In this document: piece by piece, positions 8,491 through 18,277 of the stretch | Numbering within the stretch: the stretch's first letter is position 1 | Layout: each line of letters starts with the position of its first letter | Source: an uncultured Pseudomonadota bacterium | Lineage (GTDB): Bacteria > Pseudomonadota > Alphaproteobacteria > Rs-D84 | Assembly (NCBI GenBank): GCA_902799285.1 | Contig: CADCAA010000001.1 | Coordinates: forward strand, 7,533 to 71,532 | Reading direction: 5' to 3' | Length of the DNA stretch: 64,000 nucleotides | Notes under the pieces: model-generated | Told to the model about the DNA's origin: nothing | The model's database searches: none | What the model saw: the letters and a program-made list of their open reading frames with translations, nothing else | Position numbers and translations under genes: made by a program

Positions 8491-9300
8491 ATGAAAAAAT
8501 TATTCGCATTTTTTATAACTGCATGTGTTTGCATGGCCGGTTTTTCGGCTGTGGCTGCGGATTTTCAGGTTAAAAAAGCGTCCAATGTTAAAAAGCAAGA
8601 ACAATCAGGTTTGGATAGCGTTGCATCAAATTCTTTGTTGCCGGGGGTTGTAAATCTGGTGACGAATGTTGCCGCGTTGAAAAAACAGACCGAAGAATTA
8701 AAGGCAGAATGTGCACCGACATCGGCTGAAATCACTTGGGTCAATAATATGGTCAAAGAATATGCCAAGGTTGGTAGTACTTCGGCGGAAAAAATGGTTA
8801 ATGCGGTGGGGACTAATCGGTGCGGAAATGATACGTATGAATACAGTGTTTTGAACAGTGTTAATGCAAATTTAGAGCCGTGTGTGCCAACTTTTTCAGA
8901 GTCTGCTGACCAAAATATGATTTGGTATGATTATCCAAAGGCGGCGTCTGCGAAATATTGTCCGGGCGACGATACAACAATGTGTGCCGATGCCAAAAAG
9001 AAAACAAAGTCTAATATTTATAAAGTTTTTGGGGCAATTGATTTTTTACCAGAAGATTATACGGAATCCGAGGCCAGTACCTATGTGAAATTTATGGAAA
9101 AAATGGAAAAGTGTGCGCCGGAAAAAATATCTGCGCGTAATCGTCAGGCGTATGCGGAATTTTTGAAAACCACTATTACCGGTGTTGGTCAAAAGCAAAA
9201 TACTGCAACAATTTGGGAATCGGTTGGCAATTTAACCGGTAATAGCGGTTTGTCCGGTCTTTCCAATGTGGCGGGTGCTATGACACAATTTTTGCAATAG
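8491..9300 (+). CDS. Secreted hypothetical protein (helical, 8 Cys)
   Basis: An extended -10 (TGaTATAAT at 8468-8476) and an RBS precede the ATG. Signal peptide MKKLFAFFITACVCMAGFSAVAA. No family recognised. Confidence 0.55.
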   Translation: MKKLFAFFITACVCMAGFSAVAADFQVKKASNVKKQEQSGLDSVASNSLLPGVVNLVTNVAALKKQTEELKAECAPTSAEITWVNNMVKEYAKVGSTSAEKMVNAVGTNRCGNDTYEYSVLNSVNANLEPCVPTFSESADQNMIWYDYPKAASAKYCPGDDTTMCADAKKKTKSNIYKVFGAIDFLPEDYTESEASTYVKFMEKMEKCAPEKISARNRQAYAEFLKTTITGVGQKQNTATIWESVGNLTGNSGLSGLSNVAGAMTQFLQ

Positions 9301-9383
9301 TTGTTTTTTATGGTTGTTTTTCCACTTTACTGAAATTTAAAAAAATAGTATAATATTAAAAAGTTATACAAAGGAAGGTCATA

Positions 9384-10901
9384 ATGGCAAACAAATTTTT
9401 TTCACGTGTTTTGATTGCAACATCGGTAATTGCGCTGGTTGGCTGTGCGGGTGGTGGTCGTAATGGTGAATATGTTTCGACACCAACGGTCGATTATGTC
9501 GAAGGATTGGATGTGTATTCTGCACCGCATCAGGATTCTTTTTTGAATCAATTGGCGATGAATTATCGTTCTTATGCGATTTATAATGCGCGGACGTCCG
9601 GATATCCTGATGTGGGCGAATTGTTTGCGCAAAAGGCTGTGACGGCATTTTCTGGGGAAACACCGTTCCCTGAAAGCATCAGAAATTGGCCGGTTGATTC
9701 CGGTGATGCCGCATCTTTTGAAATGGCGTATAACGATATGATAGAAGAATTCCGTAATGATGCGACGGAAAATCAGCCTGATGTCGCGGCCGAGGTTCAG
9801 GCGAAATTTGATTGTTGGTTGTCTGCGGCGTCGACCGGACAAAATGAAACTGCGGCACAGTGCTATGACCGTTTTGTCGCGGCGATGGATGTGTTGCGTA
9901 ATTGCAAAAAAGGTGGCTGCAAGGTTGCACGTGCGGCTACTGTAAAACCACAAACAGTTGAAATTGAAAACAAGGCTTTTTACCCAGAAACGCGTTCGTT
10001 GAAAACCGTGGGTGGGACTTCGTATCCGCGTGATGGTATCGTGATTGTGAATAATGTAAATGTGCCTGGTAATTTGGTGCAAACTATGCCGGTTGGTGGC
10101 GCGCCGATGGTGTTTAACCAAAATATCTATGGCGGTGATAAAAGTGTTTCAAACAGTGGAAATACACTGGCTGTAAATAATAGCGAGGGTAAATCTGGGG
10201 CTTGTGAATGCGCGCGTGGTAATTCTGCGCCGGTTATAATTGAATTGCCAAATGGTGAACAACAGGTCCAGGAAGAGCCGTGTCCATGCGAAGAAGAATT
10301 GCCAATTTTGGGCGAAGAATTGGTGACGCGTGATGAATTTATCAATATGATGATGGCTATGCGTGCCGAATTAAAGGCGATTAATGACCGTTTGGATGCG
10401 TTGACACCAAATGATGAAAAGGCCGTTATCAAGGTGCAACAAATACCATTAGAGCCAAGACAGCATGTTATGGAAGAAATTTTCGAAGTGCATTTTGACT
10501 TTAACAAGGCGATAATTAAACCCGAATATGATGCTTTGATTCGTGAATTGGCGACCGCGACCCAGAATAATAAAAATATCAAGGTTTCTGTGGTTGGACA
10601 TACCGATACCGCGGGCAGCAACAGTTATAACTATGCCTTGGGTGGACGCAGGGCCGAAGCCGTTCAAAAAATGCTGATTGGTTATGGTATTCCGGCAAGC
10701 CAGATTGTCGCTGTTTCTGCGGGCGAGGAAGATTTAAAGGTTAAAACCGGTGATGGTGTGCCAAATGCTGAAAATCGTCGTGTTCGTGTCGTTAAAGAAA
10801 CGCATTATACAGAACCGGCCAAATTGATGCCGATTGCCATCGAAACGGATGGTAATGTCGAAGTGACAGAATATGACGAGTTGGACGAAGATTGGCAGTA
10901 A
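9384..10901 (+). CDS. OmpA-family lipoprotein with long N-terminal extension and coiled-coil segment
   Basis: Lipobox VIALVGC. C-terminal OmpA_C domain HFDFNKAIIKPEY...VVGHTDTAGSNSYNYALGGRRAEAV...NRRVRVV. Confidence 0.8.
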   Translation: MANKFFSRVLIATSVIALVGCAGGGRNGEYVSTPTVDYVEGLDVYSAPHQDSFLNQLAMNYRSYAIYNARTSGYPDVGELFAQKAVTAFSGETPFPESIRNWPVDSGDAASFEMAYNDMIEEFRNDATENQPDVAAEVQAKFDCWLSAASTGQNETAAQCYDRFVAAMDVLRNCKKGGCKVARAATVKPQTVEIENKAFYPETRSLKTVGGTSYPRDGIVIVNNVNVPGNLVQTMPVGGAPMVFNQNIYGGDKSVSNSGNTLAVNNSEGKSGACECARGNSAPVIIELPNGEQQVQEEPCPCEEELPILGEELVTRDEFINMMMAMRAELKAINDRLDALTPNDEKAVIKVQQIPLEPRQHVMEEIFEVHFDFNKAIIKPEYDALIRELATATQNNKNIKVSVVGHTDTAGSNSYNYALGGRRAEAVQKMLIGYGIPASQIVAVSAGEEDLKVKTGDGVPNAENRRVRVVKETHYTEPAKLMPIAIETDGNVEVTEYDELDEDWQ

Positions 10902-11000
10902 AGACAGTAAAATAGGAACAGATTAACAAATACTTGACAAAAAGAATTTATTAGTGTAAGTTGTCTGTTGCCAGAGAGATGTTTGAAAAAGGCATTGAAA

Positions 11001-11144
11001 ATGACAAGTACAAAAAAGAATTTGGGTTTTGCGCGTGGAACTGTGGGCGTTAATATAAAGCGCGAGGAAGCACAACAACGCGTGAATTTGGCGGAAATAT
11101 TTGGGTCGCGTGGGATTGATGTGACCGGTGTCGAAGATTTTTAA
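11001..11144 (+). CDS. Possible 47-aa small protein
   Basis: ATG ORF (MTSTKKNLGFARGTVGVNIKREEAQQRVNLAEIFGSRGIDVTGVEDF). It is preceded by TTGACA-N17-TAAGTT (about 10934-10962) and followed by a short hairpin plus T-run (about 11172-11200). The RBS is weak. Confidence 0.3.
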   Translation: MTSTKKNLGFARGTVGVNIKREEAQQRVNLAEIFGSRGIDVTGVEDF

Positions 11145-11258
11145 GTTTCCGTATAATTTTGCTATAAATGGGTCGTGATGTGGTTGTCACGGCCTTTTTT
11201 TTCTTGACTTTCTGGGATTTTTTTGATTGTTTGGATGTTGCTAGAAAGGAGTTTTTTT

Positions 11259-12212
11259 ATGAAACAATATTTGGATATTTTGGGCGATATTTATCATAAC
11301 TGTCATGATTTGCGTATGAACAGGACGGGAACCCCCGATGTTGGGGCAAATCATCCTTTTTTGTTTATGCATGATATGTCGCAGGGTTTTCCTTTGGTGA
11401 CGACAAAACAAATGGGGTTGAAAAATATTGCGACTGAATTGGAATTTTTTATCAATGGAATTACAGATAAAAAATGGTTGCAGGACCGTAAATGCTATAT
11501 CTGGAATCAATGGGGCGAGCAAAACAAGGTCCGGGAAAAATACAATATTGAATTGGCCAAATTAAACAATCCGACCGATGCGGAAAAAAAGCAATTACAC
11601 GATAAAGTTGCCGACGCAGAACGTGATTTGGGCCCGGTGTACGGATTTCAATGGCGGCATTTTGGTGGGGAATATGTTTGGAATGAAAATATAATTGATG
11701 CCAATCCGCGGTTGAATTATAACCCTGAAAAGCCGGGTGTCGATCAAATGAAAATCGTGGTTGATACTTTACATAAAAATCCAACCGATCGTCGTATGGT
11801 GATTGATGCGTGGAATCGTATTGATTTTGATGATATGGCTTTGCCACCATGTCATTATTCACATACATTGCTTGTTCGTAATGGGTGTTTGTCTTTGACA
11901 TGGGTTCAGCGTTCATGTGATATGTTTTTGGGTGTGCCGTATAATATCGCAAGTTATGCGTTGTTGTTATTGTTGTATGCCAAAGAGGCAAATTTAAAAC
12001 CAGGTATTTTAAGTGGTTTGTTGATTGATTCGCATATTTATCAAAATCATTTGCCCCAGGTTGCTGAACAATTAAAACGCGATCCAAAACCATTGCCAAC
12101 CGTTGAAATACCGGATGATAAATGGCGTGGTATATTTAATTGGAAGGCAACTGATTTTGTTTTGAAAAACTATGTGCATCATGAAAAGTTAAAGGGTGAT
12201 GTTGCACGTTAA
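11259..12212 (+). CDS. thyA: Thymidylate synthase ThyA
   Basis: ATG 11259 after the RBS AAAGGA. Motifs DRRMVIDAWN, LPPCHYSH and SCDMFLGVPYNIASYALLL. Confidence 0.9.
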   Translation: MKQYLDILGDIYHNCHDLRMNRTGTPDVGANHPFLFMHDMSQGFPLVTTKQMGLKNIATELEFFINGITDKKWLQDRKCYIWNQWGEQNKVREKYNIELAKLNNPTDAEKKQLHDKVADAERDLGPVYGFQWRHFGGEYVWNENIIDANPRLNYNPEKPGVDQMKIVVDTLHKNPTDRRMVIDAWNRIDFDDMALPPCHYSHTLLVRNGCLSLTWVQRSCDMFLGVPYNIASYALLLLLYAKEANLKPGILSGLLIDSHIYQNHLPQVAEQLKRDPKPLPTVEIPDDKWRGIFNWKATDFVLKNYVHHEKLKGDVAR

Positions 12213-12229
12213 TTGTTAAGAATAAAAAT

Positions 12230-12256
12230 AGGGGGCGAAATGCCCCCTTTGTTTTT
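12230..12256 (+). terminator. Rho-independent terminator after thyA
   Basis: AGGGGGC-GAAAT-GCCCCCT followed by TTGTTTTT. Confidence 0.75.
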
Positions 12257-12282
12257 ACCTGGTGGGCGTTTTGTGGTATAAT
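12254..12282 (+). promoter_or_regulatory. Promoter with extended -10 for the P-type ATPase gene
   Basis: TTTACC (12254-12259), 17-nt spacer, TGgTATAAT (-10 at 12277-12282). The same TTTTGTGGTATAAT string recurs at 35124-35136 and 50823-50835. Confidence 0.5.
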
Positions 12283-12309
12283 ATGTTTTGTTATAAAAAA
12301 GGTGAATAT

Positions 12310-14943
12310 ATGAAAATTATTGGTTTGACATCGGACCAGGTTTTGGCAAGTAGAAAAAAGTATGGAACAAATACTGTGCCGGGTGTGCAACCGCGGACTG
12401 CGTGGCAATTTTTCTTGGAAATGTTTAATGATAAAATCAATCTGATTTTGTTGGGAATGTTGGTTTTATTTTTGTTGTTGGCTGTGTTTGGGTTTGGTGG
12501 ATATATGGAACCAATTGGGGTTGGAATTGTTTTGGTGTGTGTTGGTTTGATTGGAACAACAACAAAATTAAAGGCACAAAAATATTCTTTGGATTTGAAA
12601 CACAGGACGGCTGTGCGATTTGCATTGGTGTTGCGTAATGGGCAAATAAAACGTATTAAAACAGATGATATTGTTGTTGGTGATGTTGTGTTTTTGCAAT
12701 CTGGGGAAACGATACCTGGGGATGGATATATTTTATCGGGGCGTGTAAATGTAAATAATGCTGTGTTAAATGGTGAAAGTGAAGAATGTCCAAAGGAACC
12801 TGTTCCTGGGTTTAAATATAATCCAAATAAAAATGTGACGGCCGATGATTATGTCAGTCGTAATTTATTGTTCGCGGGGACATTGGTGCAAAGTGGTGAA
12901 TGTTATATGTCTGTGCAAAAAATTGGTGTGCATACAGAAAATGCAAAAACGTTGTTGGCGATGCGAAATATATCAGAGGTCAAAACGGATTTAGATATTA
13001 AATTGGATAAATTGGCAATAAAAATAGGTTGGTTTGGTTATATTGGTGGTGCGATTGTTGCGACTGTGTTATTGGTGAATTCTGTGTTAGGTGCGGGTGG
13101 GTTGCATGCGTTTTTATCACATGGATTGTTGTTCGTTGTGCACGAAATTTTGATGGTGATGATTGTTGCGTTGACGATTGTTGTGGCGGCCGTACCCGAA
13201 GGTTTGCCTTTTATTATCACGATGATTATTTCGCAAAATGCACGCAATATGATACGGCATAATGTGTTGGCGAAAAATACTCATAAAATTCCAGAGGCTG
13301 GGAATATACAAATTTTGTGTACGGATAAAACAGGGACATTGACGTATGGAAATTTAATTCCTATTACAAATTATTTGGGCGACGGCAGTCAGGTTGGTTT
13401 TGATTCTGATTTACCGATTTCGCGTTTTATTGCGGCTGATATTTTGTTTAATACTGGGGCCGCGTGGGATGATAATGGTAAAATTGTTGGCGGAACCAGT
13501 ACGCAACGGGCGTTGCTTTCTGGGTTGCAACCAAAATCAAAACAGGTTCGTTCTGTATTAAAGGAAATCAAAGCGTTGGATAAAATTCCTTTTGACAGTG
13601 CGAATAAATTTTCGGCGGTGCGTGTGGTGCGAAAATCTGATGATAAACAATTGGTTTTATATACTGGGGCGCCAGAGATTATTTTGGAACATGCGACTAA
13701 ATACATTGATGTAAATGGTGTTAGTCATAAAATCGATAAGTCCAAGATGATGGAAATCGTTCGCGAAAATGCTAGACAGGCAAAACGTGTTGTGGCGTTG
13801 GCGTACGGGGTAAACAAAACATTAAATGCAAAATTACCAGATAATTTAACTTTGATTTCTTTGGTCAGTATTCGTGATGATGTGCGGCGCGAGGTTCCTG
13901 CGGCGGTTGCGCGTATGCATCGTGCGGGAATTCATGTTATTATGGTGACGGGTGATAATTTGGATACGGCGCGTGCGATTGGTGTGGATTCAGGAATTGT
14001 GTTGGAACCTGATGATTTGGTATTAAATGCGCGTGATTTAGATTCTATGACTGATGCCGAAATTAAAAAGAATTTATATCGGCTGCGTGTTGTTGCGCGT
14101 GCGGTGCCACGGACTAAATTGCGGTTGGTTAAAATTGCCCAGGAAATGAATTTATGTATTGGTATGTGTGGTGATGGAACAAATGATGCGCCGGCGTTGA
14201 AACGTGCCGATGTTGGGTTTGCCATGGGGTCTGGGACCGATGTATGTAAAGAGGCGGGTGATATTATTATCACCGATGATAATTTTGTGTCTATTACAGA
14301 TGCTGTGTTATTCGGACGGACGTTTTTGAATAATGTGACTAAATTTTTAATGTTTCAAATGCCAATAAATTTGATATTGGTTATTTTAAGCGTTATGTAT
14401 CCTGTGTGGTTTGCGGTGCCGGCATTTGTTGCTGTGCAAATTTTGGTGATAAATATTGTGATGGACAGTTTGAATTCTTTGTCGTTTGGTGCCGAACCGG
14501 CAAAGTTGGAATATATGAATGTGCCACCACAAAAAAAGGGCGCGTCATTGTTTGCTGGGAAAACTTTGGGACGGATTATTGCAGGTTGTGTTGAATTTGC
14601 AATAGTATTTTCGTTGTTGTTTGTGCCATCGGTCAAGGATGTGTTTGGGACAAATCCAGATGTAAATTTAACTGTGCGATTTGCCTTGATTATGATTATG
14701 GCGGCGTTTAATGGGTTTAATGTGCGTGTTGATGATATGCGTTTGTTGCGTGGACTGCATAAAAATCCGATGTTTGTGATGATTGCGTTTGGGATTATTG
14801 TTGGAACTGTGTGTATTGTAAATTATGGTGGTGATTTATTCGGGGTAGTGCCACTGATGCATCAACAATGGTTGTATGTGTTGGGGTTGGCATTCTTGGT
14901 TATACCGTTGGATTTAATCAGAAAGTTGTTTAGTAAAAAATAA
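12310..14943 (+). CDS. Cation-transporting P-type ATPase (Ca2+/Mg2+ type, P2-like)
   Basis: ATG 12310 with the RBS AAGGTGA. Motifs CTDKTGTLT, MVTGDN and GDGTNDAPALKRADVGFAMG. About 10 TM segments. Confidence 0.9.
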   Translation: MKIIGLTSDQVLASRKKYGTNTVPGVQPRTAWQFFLEMFNDKINLILLGMLVLFLLLAVFGFGGYMEPIGVGIVLVCVGLIGTTTKLKAQKYSLDLKHRTAVRFALVLRNGQIKRIKTDDIVVGDVVFLQSGETIPGDGYILSGRVNVNNAVLNGESEECPKEPVPGFKYNPNKNVTADDYVSRNLLFAGTLVQSGECYMSVQKIGVHTENAKTLLAMRNISEVKTDLDIKLDKLAIKIGWFGYIGGAIVATVLLVNSVLGAGGLHAFLSHGLLFVVHEILMVMIVALTIVVAAVPEGLPFIITMIISQNARNMIRHNVLAKNTHKIPEAGNIQILCTDKTGTLTYGNLIPITNYLGDGSQVGFDSDLPISRFIAADILFNTGAAWDDNGKIVGGTSTQRALLSGLQPKSKQVRSVLKEIKALDKIPFDSANKFSAVRVVRKSDDKQLVLYTGAPEIILEHATKYIDVNGVSHKIDKSKMMEIVRENARQAKRVVALAYGVNKTLNAKLPDNLTLISLVSIRDDVRREVPAAVARMHRAGIHVIMVTGDNLDTARAIGVDSGIVLEPDDLVLNARDLDSMTDAEIKKNLYRLRVVARAVPRTKLRLVKIAQEMNLCIGMCGDGTNDAPALKRADVGFAMGSGTDVCKEAGDIIITDDNFVSITDAVLFGRTFLNNVTKFLMFQMPINLILVILSVMYPVWFAVPAFVAVQILVINIVMDSLNSLSFGAEPAKLEYMNVPPQKKGASLFAGKTLGRIIAGCVEFAIVFSLLFVPSVKDVFGTNPDVNLTVRFALIMIMAAFNGFNVRVDDMRLLRGLHKNPMFVMIAFGIIVGTVCIVNYGGDLFGVVPLMHQQWLYVLGLAFLVIPLDLIRKLFSKK

Positions 14944-14946
14944 AAA

Positions 14947-14972
14947 CAGTCGCATTTGCGACTGTTTTTTTT
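14947..14972 (+). terminator. Rho-independent terminator after the ATPase gene
   Basis: CAGTCGC-ATTT-GCGACTG followed by a T8 run. Confidence 0.8.
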
Positions 14973-14984
14973 GTGTCATGTTAA

Positions 14985-15518
14985 TTAATCTAAAAAGCCC
15001 CATGCAGCACGATATCCGTTATCGCGTTCAAAGAATATGGTTGCATCTTTTAATTGGTCTGTGGTGACATTATAGATGACGTATGATTTTTGCAGTTTTG
15101 GATTTGTTTTATCGTTGCGCGTTAAAGGCATCTGTAATGACATTGTGCTTTCCATACAGCAAGTGTCTGGGTTTGTGCATTTTGCGTCGCTGCATTGATA
15201 AATTTTTGTTGTGTAATCCACGTTTGGACGTAAATGGTCAACGTTCACAACCATTTTTACACCTTTGTCGATATCATAGAATTTTACGTATCCGATTTCG
15301 GATGCTTCGTTGTGATTATTTCTGGTGTACATTTTTGCGTATGATTTTTTGTGATATTTTTCCAAGTGTTGTTTGTGCTTGCAATTTTTTGAACCGCATT
15401 GTTCGCATACCCCGGTGTCGTTATATTTTTTGTGGTGTTGGCATTCGTTGTTTTGTGTGCATCCGGCAACTGTGGCGATAACGACCAATGCTGATAAAAG
15501 TTTTAATATTTTTTTCAT
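14985..15518 (-). CDS. Lipoprotein with Cys/His-rich N-terminus and beta-sandwich-like body (possibly SOD-like fold lacking canonical ligands)
   Basis: Lipobox ATVAGC. N-terminal CQHHKKYNDTGVCEQCGSKNCKHKQH. The body pattern GYVKFYDIDKGVKMVVNVDHLRPN resembles Cu/Zn-SOD-family strands. The fold call is weak. Confidence 0.45.
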   Translation of the reverse strand: MKKILKLLSALVVIATVAGCTQNNECQHHKKYNDTGVCEQCGSKNCKHKQHLEKYHKKSYAKMYTRNNHNEASEIGYVKFYDIDKGVKMVVNVDHLRPNVDYTTKIYQCSDAKCTNPDTCCMESTMSLQMPLTRNDKTNPKLQKSYVIYNVTTDQLKDATIFFERDNGYRAAWGFLD

Positions 15519-15717
15519 ATTATTTCTCCTTTGGTTTTTTATATGAAATACAAATATATTTTATAATGTTTTTTTATTTTTGCGCTAGGTATGATTGCAT
15601 AGGAAAAATGCCGGATTTAATGCGTATACACGATTTTTTTCTCAAGAATATTGTCTTGTTGGTTATGGTATATAAAAGATTTATCTTTTTTATGCATAAA
15701 ACAAAAAGGAGAAAATT

Positions 15718-16071
15718 ATGTATGAATTATTACAGCATTTAATTGCATTAAAATATTCTTGTAAAATAAATCATTGGTCTACGGATGATTATGCGCGTCA
15801 TTTGTTGTTCGACAGATTGCATGAAGATATTGATGATTGGATTGATAAAATTGCAGAACGTTATTTTATGGCAACAAATGATAAAACTATTTTCAAGGCA
15901 AATATTTTGAATCCTAAATTTATTGAATTGGATATTGTTAAAAAATGTTTACAAATTATAGAAATTATTGAAATGCGTGTTGCAGACGAAGAAGTAAATC
16001 AAGGTATGGTATCATTATTGACCGATATTGAATCTGGACTTTTGAACAAGGTTGCTTTGGCGCGGTTATAA
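15718..16071 (+). CDS. Short Dps/ferritin-like four-helix-bundle protein
   Basis: Pattern HWSTDDYARHLLFDRLHEDIDDWIDKIAERY resembles the Dps HW..G..F..LH...D..AER motif. At 117 aa it is shorter than a typical Dps. Confidence 0.45.
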   Translation: MYELLQHLIALKYSCKINHWSTDDYARHLLFDRLHEDIDDWIDKIAERYFMATNDKTIFKANILNPKFIELDIVKKCLQIIEIIEMRVADEEVNQGMVSLLTDIESGLLNKVALARL

Positions 16072-16091
16072 GTTTTGTTTGTTTTGTTATA

Positions 16092-16125
16092 AATCCAACC
16101 AATTTTTGGTTGGATTATTTTTTTG
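16092..16125 (+). terminator. Rho-independent terminator (plus-strand gene)
   Basis: AATCCAACCA-ATTTT-TGGTTGGATT followed by a T-run. Confidence 0.7.
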
Positions 16126-16130
16126 TAATG

Positions 16131-16161
16131 AAAAACCCATACATTACGAATAATGTATGGG
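16131..16161 (-). terminator. Rho-independent terminator (minus-strand OMP gene)
   Basis: CCCATACATTA-CGAA-TAATGTATGGG with an A5 run on the plus strand, which reads as a T-run on the minus strand. Confidence 0.7.
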
Positions 16162-16182
16162 GAAACAGATGATTGTTTTTTT

Positions 16183-16788
16183 TTAGAACATAAATCTGAT
16201 ACCCAGGTCGGCACCAAAATTATGCAATCCGGATTGAACGTCTACGTATGTATAACGCGCAGCAACGTCAACTGCGAACATATCCATATCAAATGTCATA
16301 CCAATCAAACCGTTTGCTGAAAAACCGGCTTTGTTGCTAGATTTATCAATGATGCCTGTGCCAGAGTGTTTAACATCTGCAAATCCGGCGCCAGCACCCA
16401 AACCGATAAATGGACGGATTGTGTGATAATGACCGAATTCCATATATGTATTCATTAACAATGTTTGTAATTTTGTGTCAACTTCGACATCATAAATATC
16501 GAATCTGGCAGTATCTTTGGCTTTGCTGAAAATAGCCCATTCGATTTCTGTGCGATATGTTTTGTCTATTTGCAAACCGGCAGCCACACGACCGTTAATT
16601 ACAAAATCTGTCATGGATTCTTTGGTGGTCAGAAAACTGTAATTTGTATTGTTGTATCCAACGCCGCCACGCAAGCCGATGTATGGATCCAAACCCCACA
16701 TTTGCCAAGAACTGCCATCGTTTGGATGGCCTGCGAATGCCGGGCATGCAATTAATACAGCAAGTGTAGAAATAGCGAGTTTTTTCAT
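16183..16788 (-). CDS. Small outer-membrane beta-barrel protein (OmpA-like/OMP_b-brl family)
   Basis: ATG 16788 after the RBS AAGGAGAAA. Signal peptide MKKLAISTLAVLIACPAFA. Alternating beta-strand pattern and a C-terminal LGIRFMF ending in Phe. Confidence 0.7.
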   Translation of the reverse strand: MKKLAISTLAVLIACPAFAGHPNDGSSWQMWGLDPYIGLRGGVGYNNTNYSFLTTKESMTDFVINGRVAAGLQIDKTYRTEIEWAIFSKAKDTARFDIYDVEVDTKLQTLLMNTYMEFGHYHTIRPFIGLGAGAGFADVKHSGTGIIDKSSNKAGFSANGLIGMTFDMDMFAVDVAARYTYVDVQSGLHNFGADLGIRFMF

Positions 16789-16936
16789 ATTTTTCTCCTT
16801 TTGAGTTTTTTTTGTTATCTTTGTGTCGATACCCAAATAGTATCAAATAGTTGGTCGTTTTTACATAGGTATGGATGCCCACGATTTTATGAATTTTTTC
16901 CTTTCTTTTTATTATTGGTTGATTAAAATATTTTGT

Positions 16937-18277
16937 ATGAAGGGAAAGATATTTGTTTTTGGGATTGGATTTGTAATTTCTGGCTCGGCACTTGGTGATA
17001 TTGTGCCGGTTCAAGAAGGGTCGCCATTGAATCCAACATACGTATATAACATTAACGGTGTTGATGATATGTATGATATGCCATCTGTGCCACAAACGCC
17101 GTTTAAAATTTTGGTGAATAATGGTGATGATAATCCGTATCCTTTGTCTGTATTGGATTCTATTTCAGACGGCGCGAACGAGGTTAAGTTTGCCTTGGGC
17201 GAAGGTGGGCCTGCGACGAATAGCAATATTATTTGGTTGGTTGATGATGCGTTTGATGGGACGTTTGATGCGCCAATAGTTCAGAATTCAACAATTAAAA
17301 TCCAATTGAGTGATGCTGTTTTAAATAGTGTGTCGGCTGATGGCGAAATTGTGCATTTTACTGGTATTACAGGAAATACAAATGCGATATATTTTTATGG
17401 CGAATATGATAATGTTTATGAAATTGGTGCGTGTTCTAATGGAATTGGAACGTGTATAAAACGGCGTTATTCAAATAGTCATATTGCTGAACAACAGGCG
17501 GAACAACGTGCAATACAGATTGCCAGAATCGGTGCCCGTAATAATCCGAAAATTTTATTGCGGCCTATGATGTTGATAAATCAATATGAATTATCGGGTA
17601 TATATAATTTTTCAGATGAATTTTATATATCTGTATCACCCGAATATTATTCTGTAAAAGATTTTCAAAATGCCGGTATACGCATTAATTCTGGGACAAA
17701 ATTTGGTGGTCGGTTGTATGTTGGGGCATCTGTGTATTTGGATAAATCGAATTTTCAAAACGATGTAAGTGATTTCAAATCTGATATATATGGCGGAAAT
17801 TTGCGTTTCCGTTATGATATTGACGATGTATTATTCTTGCGCGGCGTTGGTGGTATCAGTTTTGCCAGTATTGAATGTGATAATGTTATAAATGGTGATT
17901 CTGTTATTAATAATCCGAATGCATTTGGTGTATATGGTGGTATGGATTTTGGCGCAATGTTTAACTTTGAATCGGGGATATATGTGTCGCCGTTTGTTGG
18001 ATACGATGTATTATCAGGGTCCGTGGTTGGAATTCGTGATAATAATTCTTTTGCACATTTTGGGACGGATGTTGGTTTTAAGTATTTTATGGATGGTGTG
18101 AGTTATGGATATATGTTGCGTGGTGGCATAAATTCAGACGGATTTTTTGATGCGTCGGTTGGTATTGATATTGGTTCTGTATCCGACAAAATTGGTGGTG
18201 GTGTATCCATTGGTGTTTTGGATACTGATTATGGTTTGTCGGGAAAACTTTCGGCAAATGTTAGGTTTGCTTTTTAA
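16937..18277 (+). CDS. Autotransporter-like outer-membrane protein (short passenger + beta-barrel translocator)
   Basis: ATG 16937 and a signal peptide. A helical linker (RNNPKILLRPMMLINQ) is followed by about 270 aa of amphipathic beta strands ending in ANVRFAF. Confidence 0.7.
   Translation: MKGKIFVFGIGFVISGSALGDIVPVQEGSPLNPTYVYNINGVDDMYDMPSVPQTPFKILVNNGDDNPYPLSVLDSISDGANEVKFALGEGGPATNSNIIWLVDDAFDGTFDAPIVQNSTIKIQLSDAVLNSVSADGEIVHFTGITGNTNAIYFYGEYDNVYEIGACSNGIGTCIKRRYSNSHIAEQQAEQRAIQIARIGARNNPKILLRPMMLINQYELSGIYNFSDEFYISVSPEYYSVKDFQNAGIRINSGTKFGGRLYVGASVYLDKSNFQNDVSDFKSDIYGGNLRFRYDIDDVLFLRGVGGISFASIECDNVINGDSVINNPNAFGVYGGMDFGAMFNFESGIYVSPFVGYDVLSGSVVGIRDNNSFAHFGTDVGFKYFMDGVSYGYMLRGGINSDGFFDASVGIDIGSVSDKIGGGVSIGVLDTDYGLSGKLSANVRFAF

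Noticed and set aside
9402-10121. Long antisense or alternative-frame ORFs inside well-supported genes (e.g. 9402-10121, 11461-12099, 25754-26398, 27110-27646, 40290-40826, 41075-41617, 3072-3449)
   Set aside because: Each lies wholly within a gene with strong family motifs on the other strand or frame. None has motif support of its own.
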